A stretch of 24,000 nucleotides of DNA from Shewanella phage Thanatos-1. Positions 16,288-23,567 of this stretch are shown here, one piece after another (positions within the stretch are counted from its first letter, which is position 1; each line of letters opens with the position of its first letter). The notes under the pieces were generated by a model. That model was not told the origin of the DNA, ran no database searches, and saw only the letters and a list, made by a program, of their open reading frames with translations. Made by a program: the position numbers and the translations under genes. The stretch lies in sequence record MT457552.1; one strand, written 5' to 3'.

Positions 16288-17304
16288 ATGAATCTATCGT
16301 ATTTGAGTACTTTAAATTTAAAGGCATTTCCAATTCAAGAAAATCCTGAGACACAAAAACAATTTACTTTGTCTGTTCTAAAAGAAATTCGTAATGATAT
16401 AGGTGTCTTTGATAAAATAAAATCTTTTGATGGTATTTGTGGTGCTTGTCGTATAATTATAAGAAAGGCAGTCAAAGAATACATGCAAGAGAATCTTGGC
16501 TCTTGTGTATCCGAAGAAATGTTTGCAGACTTTAATGCATACCTTAAGCTCGAATCTACTGAAGGGTTCAAGGTATGCTTAGTAGACAAGGTCTCAATTC
16601 CTGTTACAAGACTATTTGGAAAAATAGCAAAAGAATGGGAGCATTTTTCAGGTATTGATTTGTATCCTGTGCCATCGGGTCTAGAGGGAATACCCCCCGG
16701 TATGATGTTTAGTATTTCTGATATGTGGGAAGGTGATTATGGTGCTCTACGTAAAGATTTGTTAAATTTTGTTATAGGCAAACTACAGGAAAATCAAATG
16801 GGCCAGACTTCTAGTGTTATCCGCTTTATTTCACCAAGTATTAATTTTAATTTTAATACCCCGGGAATTTCTAAAGCTATGCTTTTAGAAGTGTTGCTCT
16901 CGATTAAAGAAGATATCAGACTGGAATCTCTTGAAAATAGTGTCAAGAGAGGTACCGGCATTTGTAATAGAATAGACCATAAATTATCTTCTATAATCGA
17001 AACACATTACTTAAGCATAAATGATCAAGATGCATACAGTTTAATGCACACTAATAATATCATGAAAGACTATACAGGCAAGGAACACTTTTTAGGTTCA
17101 ATTACTTTTGAATTGAAAAGATTATTTTCTGAGGTCTTCGTCAAATGGGAAAAATATTCCGGAGATTTAAATTTCCCTGTTCCCGACCCAAATGAATGTA
17201 AAGGCCCTTATAAAGCATTCTTTACATATCCACTATGGGAAGGTGAATATGGTGACCTACGTAAAGAGCTTTTAGATTTTGCTATTGGAGAATTGGAGAA
17301 GTAA
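16288..17304 (+). CDS. Array member 10, two tandem family domains in one protein
   Basis: Two GIC blocks (DGICGACRIII; GTGICNRIDHKL) and two C-terminal blocks (WEHFSGIDLYPVPS...MWEGDYGALRKDLLNFVI and WEKYSGDLNFPVPDP...LWEGEYGDLRKELLDFAI). Confidence 0.88.
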   Translation: MNLSYLSTLNLKAFPIQENPETQKQFTLSVLKEIRNDIGVFDKIKSFDGICGACRIIIRKAVKEYMQENLGSCVSEEMFADFNAYLKLESTEGFKVCLVDKVSIPVTRLFGKIAKEWEHFSGIDLYPVPSGLEGIPPGMMFSISDMWEGDYGALRKDLLNFVIGKLQENQMGQTSSVIRFISPSINFNFNTPGISKAMLLEVLLSIKEDIRLESLENSVKRGTGICNRIDHKLSSIIETHYLSINDQDAYSLMHTNNIMKDYTGKEHFLGSITFELKRLFSEVFVKWEKYSGDLNFPVPDPNECKGPYKAFFTYPLWEGEYGDLRKELLDFAIGELEK

Positions 17305-17867
17305 TGATGATATTATTTAAGAAAAATCATTTAAAGAAAAAAGCCTTTACCGAATTGAGAACTCTGTCTACTATGATTAAACCGGAAATGTTTGATGACG
17401 GCGATGTGCGTTTCGGTGATTTTAAATATGAATCATTATACTCTGAAACAGAAGCACAAATTTGTAAGTGTGCTTTATCTGTTCTAGAATATATAGAATT
17501 ATTAACAAAAAAAGATAGGTCGTTCCAAGAAGGTATTTGTGGCACTATATTCGAGGTACTACGTAAGGATATTTTATGGGTAGATGACTCTTGCCAATGT
17601 TTAATTCCTAGGCGTTATGATGCATCCGTAATCGCAGAATCAATCTCTGAAATTATAGTCAACATCTGTAAAAAAATTTGGGTAGATTGGGAGCATTTTT
17701 CAGGGTCAAGTTATTACCCAATCCAATCTCCTTTAGCTGATGCCTCACCTATGCAATATTTTCATTTTACTTCAGCTGAAGGCGGCCTCAAATGGAAAGG
17801 CGAATATGGTAAACAAAGAAAAGAACTTCTTTCGTTTCTAATCAAATCACTTAAAGAAAAGGTCTAA
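17304..17867 (+). CDS. Array member 11
   Basis: TAATG overlap with member 10. QEGICGTIFEVL; WEHFSGSSYYPIQSP...LKWKGEYGKQRKELLSFLIKSLKE. Confidence 0.83.
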   Translation: MMILFKKNHLKKKAFTELRTLSTMIKPEMFDDGDVRFGDFKYESLYSETEAQICKCALSVLEYIELLTKKDRSFQEGICGTIFEVLRKDILWVDDSCQCLIPRRYDASVIAESISEIIVNICKKIWVDWEHFSGSSYYPIQSPLADASPMQYFHFTSAEGGLKWKGEYGKQRKELLSFLIKSLKEKV

Positions 17868-17868
17868 A

Positions 17869-18510
17869 ATGAATTTACTAAGAAAATGCCTAAAGGCTAA
17901 AAAGAATATCCTTAAAACTTTAGAACATGAAACAATTTGTAATGGGATATGCGCTGAAATAAACCCTAGTGGCAAAGAAGCAGATATTCTTAGGAATATA
18001 TTCAAACTGTGGCCCAGATTTTCAGGCCATATAATATATCCTATTAATATTACTAAGATGAGACCGGTAGAAGAATATAGCGAATGCAATAAGTGGGCAG
18101 GGCCTCAAAAAGAAATGAGATTAGAGCTTTTAGATTTTATTATTGCTTACTTAAAAGGATTAAGTTGGTTTAATCGTAATTTCAAAATCAATCCAGAGAA
18201 TGTACATTTATTAAAAACTAGCCTAGGCTTTGATGTTCTGACAATGTTAATTGAGCTAGACAAATTAAAAGAAAAGCCTACAGATAAATCCATAGTAGGA
18301 TGGGTCTTCTTTAAAGCAGGACGTCCTAGTCATGCTGTCGAATGTATATATTTCATTAAGACAGTATTTAACAAATACTACAATGGAGCAGTGATAGATT
18401 TTATCGATGATGACCATGGAAGGACCATTTGGAAAGGGGATTTAGGTAAAACCAATCATAAGATACTTAAAGAATTCATTAAAAATGTGAGAAAAGAACT
18501 CACAAAATAG
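17869..18510 (+). CDS. Array member 12, divergent, with a second partial domain
   Basis: NGICAEINPSG; LWPRFSGHIIYPINI...NKWAGPQKEMRLELLDFIIAYL, then a second TIWKGDLG...LKEFIKNVRKEL. Confidence 0.75.
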   Translation: MNLLRKCLKAKKNILKTLEHETICNGICAEINPSGKEADILRNIFKLWPRFSGHIIYPINITKMRPVEEYSECNKWAGPQKEMRLELLDFIIAYLKGLSWFNRNFKINPENVHLLKTSLGFDVLTMLIELDKLKEKPTDKSIVGWVFFKAGRPSHAVECIYFIKTVFNKYYNGAVIDFIDDDHGRTIWKGDLGKTNHKILKEFIKNVRKELTK

Positions 18511-18511
18511 G

Positions 18512-18540
18512 TTTACATTCCTAGTTGTTATTGATACTAT
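18512..18540 (+). promoter_or_regulatory. Putative promoter (GTTTACA, 17 nt, TACTAT), -10 inside the loop of an inverted repeat
   Basis: TTTACA 18512-18517, TACTAT 18535-18540. Confidence 0.62.
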
Positions 18541-18562
18541 ACAAAAGTCAATAACAACTAGG
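18520..18562. repeat. Perfect 15-bp inverted repeat, 13-nt loop
   Basis: CCTAGTTGTTATTGA - tactatacaaaag - TCAATAACAACTAGG. Confidence 0.93.
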
Positions 18563-18570
18563 ATATCAAA

Positions 18571-19281
18571 ATGATGGTTACCTCAGAATTAAAGAAGTTA
18601 AATTATTTAGTCAAAACCCATCGTATTTACAATACAAATTTCCAGATCCCTATCCAGACCTTTCTAGCAAGCCGAAATATAGACTGGGCTCCTATCAAAT
18701 TAATATGCCGACTATGGCCTAAAGACGATAAAAGTGATTATCATTTTCCTGTAGTCTATGACTCTAAAGGAACCCGTATAGCACGTGATAATCCATGGTG
18801 CCCTGAATATATCCGAGATTCACACGAGATGCTAAGGTTCATCATTGCATATCTAAATGAACTTCCTTGGTTTGAAAGAGTTAAGTTCTCTATAGATGAG
18901 CCATCAGTTGCTTCTACATTTTCTAAATATAGACCTTCAGTAAAATTTAAGGTACTCCAATCTCTTATTGCATTAGACCATATGCCACAAGAAGAACGGT
19001 GGAAAATGGATAAGACTATTGCCCAATATGTTCTGTGTAATCTAAAAGGATTTACTCCTAAAGAAGTAGGTAAGGGCATAGATTACTTAGAAGGTGTCTT
19101 TGATAAACTTTTTGCATCAAAATATTACATTATTGAAGCCCCTGTCAATACAACACAACAGGAATTTAACCGTGACGTATTGTCAGGAAAATTTATGCCA
19201 TGGCGTGGTTATTACGGCCGTAAGAATATCCAGGCACTCAAACAAGTTATTGAATATGTTTTAGAAGATTTGTCAAAATAG
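18571..19281 (+). CDS. Array member 13, highly divergent relative of member 12
   Basis: ICRLWPKDDKSDYHFPVV...MLRFIIAYLNELPWFERVKF parallels LLDFIIAYLKGLSWFNRNFK of member 12. C-terminal MPWRGYYGRKNIQALKQVIEYVLEDL. Confidence 0.65.
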   Translation: MMVTSELKKLNYLVKTHRIYNTNFQIPIQTFLASRNIDWAPIKLICRLWPKDDKSDYHFPVVYDSKGTRIARDNPWCPEYIRDSHEMLRFIIAYLNELPWFERVKFSIDEPSVASTFSKYRPSVKFKVLQSLIALDHMPQEERWKMDKTIAQYVLCNLKGFTPKEVGKGIDYLEGVFDKLFASKYYIIEAPVNTTQQEFNRDVLSGKFMPWRGYYGRKNIQALKQVIEYVLEDLSK

Positions 19282-19291
19282 GGAAAATAAT

Positions 19292-19810
19292 ATGCAATTA
19301 CTTACTGTAGATCAAGCAAAAACACGTATACTAGATAGCTTATCACTCATTGATGAAGGTTTACCTATTTATCGAATGAGCGACACCCTAGTGGATTCCT
19401 TTAGAGGTTCAACTGAAATAGTCAATCTATTCTATCATGCTCTTTTGCACATAAAAGGAATGAACCCTTCTAAACGTAAAAATATTTGCTTTGACTTATT
19501 CAAATTCAGTAATAGCGTATTCAAAGGACAAATACGAGCAAATAGCGTCAATAACAAAGTCTGTAAAGATGTTTTGTCAATGCTTATCAAAGATGCATTT
19601 ATAGATTCAGCTAAATATTGGCCTAAGTATAGTGGCTCGGAAGGTTATCCAGTCCCGTATGCATTCCCACCTAAGCCTGGGGACCTAAGCCCATATGGAG
19701 CATTCTGGGAAACCCATTCAGACTTCTTATGGGAAGGCAATTATGGTGCATTACGCCAAGAGCTTTTAGAGTTTTGTATAAAATTTTGTGAAGAGCAATT
19801 GAAAAAATAG
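19292..19810 (+). CDS. Array member 14
   Basis: RKNICFDLFKF; KYWPKYSGSEGYPVPYAFP...FLWEGNYGALRQELLEFCIKFCEE. Confidence 0.83.
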   Translation: MQLLTVDQAKTRILDSLSLIDEGLPIYRMSDTLVDSFRGSTEIVNLFYHALLHIKGMNPSKRKNICFDLFKFSNSVFKGQIRANSVNNKVCKDVLSMLIKDAFIDSAKYWPKYSGSEGYPVPYAFPPKPGDLSPYGAFWETHSDFLWEGNYGALRQELLEFCIKFCEEQLKK

Positions 19811-19812
19811 TA

Positions 19813-19840
19813 TTTACAATGAGGCCTATTATGATAAGAT
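19813..19840 (+). promoter_or_regulatory. Putative promoter (ATTTACA, 16 nt, TAAGAT) within an inverted repeat
   Basis: TTTACA 19813-19818, TAAGAT 19835-19840. Confidence 0.58.
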
Positions 19841-19852
19841 AGGCCTTGTAAA
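19813..19852. repeat. Imperfect inverted repeat (7+7 bp with a 3-nt bulge) covering the promoter
   Basis: TTTACAA(tga)GGCCTAT - tatgataag - ATAGGCCTTGTAAA. Confidence 0.85.
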
Positions 19853-19872
19853 TTAAATCTTAGGAGTATAAA

Positions 19873-20388
19873 ATGCAATTACTTAGTTTAGCACAAACAA
19901 AAGAAAACCTACTAGCTCTTTTACGAGGTGTAAATTTTACATCGGGTGAAATGGGCATTTATCTAAGCAATAACTTAAAAGATTCAGCTGAAAAAAATAG
20001 CTTGTTGTACCATGCTCTTGCACATATTACAAACATACCTACAGAATGTCGAACCAACATTTGCTCAGAAATATCAAAATTTTTAGGTGTGGGTTTAGAT
20101 AACTTAAATTTAAATAATGACCCTACTACTGATTCTGTGATAAAATTCAATATCTGTGATTTGGTAAAATCAGAATTTTCAGATAATGCATCCCATTGGC
20201 CTAAGTTTAGTGGTGAAATATCTTATCCTGTCCCTCACAGATTTCCTATTAATGACGATAATATGTCACCTTACTGTATATTCTGGGAAAATCACTTACA
20301 CAATACTTTATGGGAAGGCGAATATGGTGCATTACGTGAAGAACTGCTCCAATTTTCATTAGATTATGTTAGTAAGAAATTTGATTGA
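19873..20388 (+). CDS. Array member 15
   Basis: AGGAGTATAAAATG start context. RTNICSEISKFL; SHWPKFSGEISYPVPHRFP...TLWEGEYGALREELLQFSLDYVSKKFD. Confidence 0.86.
   Translation: MQLLSLAQTKENLLALLRGVNFTSGEMGIYLSNNLKDSAEKNSLLYHALAHITNIPTECRTNICSEISKFLGVGLDNLNLNNDPTTDSVIKFNICDLVKSEFSDNASHWPKFSGEISYPVPHRFPINDDNMSPYCIFWENHLHNTLWEGEYGALREELLQFSLDYVSKKFD
20308..20386. repeat. 79-nt direct repeat, copy 1
   Basis: Identical by eye to 20849-20927. Encodes LWEGEYGALREELLQFSLDYVSKKFD. Confidence 0.93.
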
Positions 20389-20398
20389 GGGTATTAAA

Positions 20399-20929
20399 AT
20401 GAAATTGATTACCATTGCACAGATAAAACAAGAAGTAGAAGAAATTTGTTCTAAGTATCCTAATGTAAACTATTCTACATTCTCACACGGGGATTATTCG
20501 GAACTATACAAAATAAGAGCAGAAATAAGCAAAAATGAACAACTTTATTACAGCTTAATGCATTATTCTTTAAGTGACTTGAATTCTATTGATGTTAAAA
20601 ATCGCCATAATATTTGTGGCCATATCAATGATTTTATCTCTAGAGTCTTCGCATGGTCTACAGTATGTATTGTTGCCACAGATATTATAGGTGGCTTATA
20701 CTTAGACTTGTTTAAGGATATATCAAGTAAGTGGGAATATTATTCTAAAAGTCATAATTATCCTGTACCACCTAACAAATCTTATACATCTTCAGAAAAA
20801 GACATTTCTCCAAGAAAAATGTTCTGGGATAAGCATAATGCTAACAGGTTATGGGAAGGCGAATATGGTGCATTACGTGAAGAACTGCTCCAATTTTCAT
20901 TAGATTATGTTAGTAAGAAATTTGATTAG
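20399..20929 (+). CDS. Array member 16
   Basis: Likely start ATG 20399 (GAGGGTATTAAAATG); the track start at 20366 overlaps member 15. RHNICGHINDFI; KWEYYSKSHNYPVPP...RLWEGEYGALREELLQFSLDYVSKKFD. Confidence 0.86.
   Translation: MKLITIAQIKQEVEEICSKYPNVNYSTFSHGDYSELYKIRAEISKNEQLYYSLMHYSLSDLNSIDVKNRHNICGHINDFISRVFAWSTVCIVATDIIGGLYLDLFKDISSKWEYYSKSHNYPVPPNKSYTSSEKDISPRKMFWDKHNANRLWEGEYGALREELLQFSLDYVSKKFD
20849..20927. repeat. 79-nt direct repeat, copy 2
   Basis: Identical by eye to 20308-20386, offset 541 nt. Confidence 0.93.
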
Positions 20930-20938
20930 GAGTTTAAG

Positions 20939-21472
20939 ATGGAATCTAAATTTAAAGAATTTTTAAAAATGTGTATTGCCCGTGCAAATAAATTCTCTGA
21001 TGAATATAGCAAAGCAAACCCCGGGACGCCAAAGTCATTTTCAGAGACACATAAAGATGCTCTTATATTTTTCTCTGAAAATAAAGATTTATATAAATCT
21101 ATCCTTAAACAAGCTTTGATTGAATTAGATTTGAGTCAAGATAAAACTAGTACATGTGGTATTTGCGCATGTGTAAGTACAATAATCCATGATAAGTATC
21201 TTTCAATCAAAGAGCATCTTGATACTACAGGTGAATATATTACACCATATGGTCTGAATACATATGTTACTATGGTAACAGTAGACCAGATAATCGAAAT
21301 GGTAGAAAAATGGCCTGCATTCTCAGGTAACAGAATTTATCCTGTTCCTTTGTATTTACAAACCCCCGAAATGGCATATTCAAATGCTAAAGAATATGGT
21401 ACTATGTGGGTAGGTGAATACGGTGACAATCGTAAAGCTTTATTAAAGTTTCTTATTGCCCAATTAAATTAA
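20939..21472 (+). CDS. Array member 17
   Basis: CGICACVSTII; EKWPAFSGNRIYPVPLY...MWVGEYGDNRKALLKFLIAQL. Confidence 0.83.
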   Translation: MESKFKEFLKMCIARANKFSDEYSKANPGTPKSFSETHKDALIFFSENKDLYKSILKQALIELDLSQDKTSTCGICACVSTIIHDKYLSIKEHLDTTGEYITPYGLNTYVTMVTVDQIIEMVEKWPAFSGNRIYPVPLYLQTPEMAYSNAKEYGTMWVGEYGDNRKALLKFLIAQLN

Positions 21473-21510
21473 TCCAACAGAGGGTCTTATAAGGGCCCTA
21501 GGAGTATAAA

Positions 21511-22080
21511 ATGTCTAAACAGTTTATGATGCAAATGATTAAATCTACCTATGGCGCTATATTAGAAACTCCATCAAATCCTAAGTTTTGGCCTAATGGA
21601 TGGGCTCTAGCTGTCCACTCAGCTTCCATTGAATTGCTTCAAGATATAAGTCTCAAAGATAAGAATCCTAATGATGGTATTTGTGCTATGATACACAATG
21701 GAGTCATGGATTATTTCTACAAATTTAATAATTACCATGACTACACTAAGGTATTTTTCAGAATAAATTCTTACATTAAACAGTATATGGAAAAATGGCC
21801 TAAATTTAGTGGCAATAATTCTTATCCTGTGCCTTCTCCTATTGAAGGTGAAGACCCAAGAAAAATTTTCATTGACATAATGGACAGCAAAGATAGTGAA
21901 GGGTTCTGGGTTGGTGAATATGGAGCATTACGCATTGAACTTTTAAATTTCGTAATAGAAGAAATGAAAAAAGATTTAGAAACTATTCAGTTAGATTTCA
22001 TGGCTCAGTGTGAACTTAGTCGTAAAGAATTGCTTAGTATCTATCCGTCGAAAATAAATTTACAATGCAAATTGGTGTAA
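21511..22080 (+). CDS. Array member 18
   Basis: NDGICAMIHNGVMDY; EKWPKFSGNNSYPVPSP...GFWVGEYGALRIELLNFVIEEM. Confidence 0.86.
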   Translation: MSKQFMMQMIKSTYGAILETPSNPKFWPNGWALAVHSASIELLQDISLKDKNPNDGICAMIHNGVMDYFYKFNNYHDYTKVFFRINSYIKQYMEKWPKFSGNNSYPVPSPIEGEDPRKIFIDIMDSKDSEGFWVGEYGALRIELLNFVIEEMKKDLETIQLDFMAQCELSRKELLSIYPSKINLQCKLV

Positions 22081-22110
22081 TACTACAGATTAGTCGCCTA
22101 AGGAAATATT

Positions 22111-22677
22111 ATGTCCAAGCAAAAAATCATTAAGATTCTCGAAAATCCTAAAAAAGTTGAGCAAAACAAGGTTTATTCTCATCGTAGTAAATGGCCAAAA
22201 GAATTTAAGACTGTTATGCATGGGGCTTCTATAGAGGTTTTAGAAGAATTAAAGGCAATGCATATTAAACCAAACGAAGGTATTTGTTTTTCTATTAACT
22301 CAATCATGAAGGATTTTATCTGTGATTCTATTAATATGAATGATAGTAATAGGATACACAGATTGGCCTGTATGACATCTAGCAAATTGCAAGAATATGT
22401 AACAGAACATATGCAAAAATGGCCTAAATTTTCAGGAAATATTGCTTATCCTATTAAAGCACCGGAAAGCTACGTCAGTTTTGTTACTATTGGGACGACA
22501 GTTATAGAAATGGAGGAGATCAAGCCCCATAGTGTCAATGACTTAGGTAGTTATTTTGCTCCTGAATGCTATGTATATTGCAGTGAAAATTTAACTCTAT
22601 GGAAAGGTGATTATGGTGCTCTTCGCGAAGAACTTCTAGACTTTTTAATAGGACATTTGAAACAGGTGGAATTATGA
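22111..22677 (+). CDS. Array member 19
   Basis: NEGICFSINSIMKDF; QKWPKFSGNIAYPIKAP...TLWKGDYGALREELLDFLIGHL. Confidence 0.86.
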   Translation: MSKQKIIKILENPKKVEQNKVYSHRSKWPKEFKTVMHGASIEVLEELKAMHIKPNEGICFSINSIMKDFICDSINMNDSNRIHRLACMTSSKLQEYVTEHMQKWPKFSGNIAYPIKAPESYVSFVTIGTTVIEMEEIKPHSVNDLGSYFAPECYVYCSENLTLWKGDYGALREELLDFLIGHLKQVEL

Positions 22678-23237
22678 ATATTGTTTTAGAAAATCATGAG
22701 ATTATTAAATTTGTCGCCAACAACCCTTGGCCTAAAGAAATCGCGTCAGTTCAACTTGATTTTATACCTAGTGATTTAGATTCTTTAGTAGATGAGTTTC
22801 TTTTATTACTCTTAAAAGAAATCAAGACCATCTCAGAATTAGTCTATACCGTGACCCGTGAGTATACGGGCAATGGAAAAATTGCATTAGACACTAATAC
22901 TATTCATTCCGTGGGGACATGTATTGCTTTAAGATACATTACAGGAACTATAGTTTGGGCAGATAAAGGCCTTATCAAACATTCAAATATTATAGGTCTT
23001 TTAGATGCATTAGAACACAAATATTCGAAGATAATAGAATTATGGCTAGAATCGAATGGAGATCCTATCACAGATGCTTCTAGATTACATCCAGTTTCTA
23101 TAAAATTTTACGAACCTAGTTCATTGTATTCCCGTAATGCTAAGGAATCTACTATGTATGTAGGCAAATATGGTCAAAAGAGAAAAGAGTTGCTAAATTT
23201 TGCAATTAATTATCTAAGTGGTTTACAAACACTCTAA
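22674..23237 (+). CDS. Array member 20, divergent
   Basis: ATGA overlap with member 19. VGTCIALRYITG; IIELWLESNGDPITDASRLHP...TMYVGKYGQKRKELLNFAINYLSGL. Confidence 0.78.
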   Translation: MNIVLENHEIIKFVANNPWPKEIASVQLDFIPSDLDSLVDEFLLLLLKEIKTISELVYTVTREYTGNGKIALDTNTIHSVGTCIALRYITGTIVWADKGLIKHSNIIGLLDALEHKYSKIIELWLESNGDPITDASRLHPVSIKFYEPSSLYSRNAKESTMYVGKYGQKRKELLNFAINYLSGLQTL

Positions 23238-23249
23238 ACATGATAATAT
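23222..23249 (+). promoter_or_regulatory. Putative promoter (GTTTACA, 16 nt, TAATAT) overlapping the end of member 20
   Basis: TTTACA 23222-23227, TAATAT 23244-23249, directly followed by a terminator hairpin. Confidence 0.4.
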
Positions 23250-23251
23250 GG

Positions 23252-23282
23252 GTCCTGTCAAACGACAGGACTTTTTTTTTTT
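23252..23282 (+). terminator. Rho-independent terminator
   Basis: GTCCTGTC-aaac-GACAGGAC followed by T11. Confidence 0.9.
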
Positions 23283-23292
23283 GGAGAATAAA

Positions 23293-23499
23293 ATGATTTC
23301 TTTTACTAAATCTCATGGTTCTATCCAATCCCATGCAATGTTTTTCTGTGAAGAAGCTCAAACATATATCCATGTATGGGGAGTAGAAACAGATTCTCCT
23401 ATAGTAAAAATGAATATCCCTTCTTCTAAAGCCCAGAAAAAAGTATACGGTAAGAAAATGCAAAAGTGCATCGATTTTACAAAAAGCCAAATTAAGTAG
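23293..23499 (+). CDS. Small hypothetical protein (68 aa), not of the array family
   Basis: ATG 23293 preceded by TTGGAGAATAAA. The track start at 23218 overlaps member 20 and spans a terminator, so it is unlikely. Confidence 0.7.
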   Translation: MISFTKSHGSIQSHAMFFCEEAQTYIHVWGVETDSPIVKMNIPSSKAQKKVYGKKMQKCIDFTKSQIK

Positions 23500-23528
23500 T
23501 TTACTTTACTGATAGCCTGTAGTATTAT
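23500..23528 (+). promoter_or_regulatory. Putative promoter (GTTTACT, 17 nt, TATTAT)
   Basis: TTTACT 23500-23505, TATTAT 23523-23528, upstream of the 23568 CDS. Confidence 0.55.
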
Positions 23529-23567
23529 TGCTTTATCATTTTTAGATTTTTTTTTTTGGAGTATAAA

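Noticed and set aside
20366-20398. Track start of array member 16 at 20366
   Set aside because: It overlaps the end of member 15. ATG 20399 has a GAGGG RBS and yields an N-terminus (MKLITIAQIKQEVEE) comparable to its neighbours.
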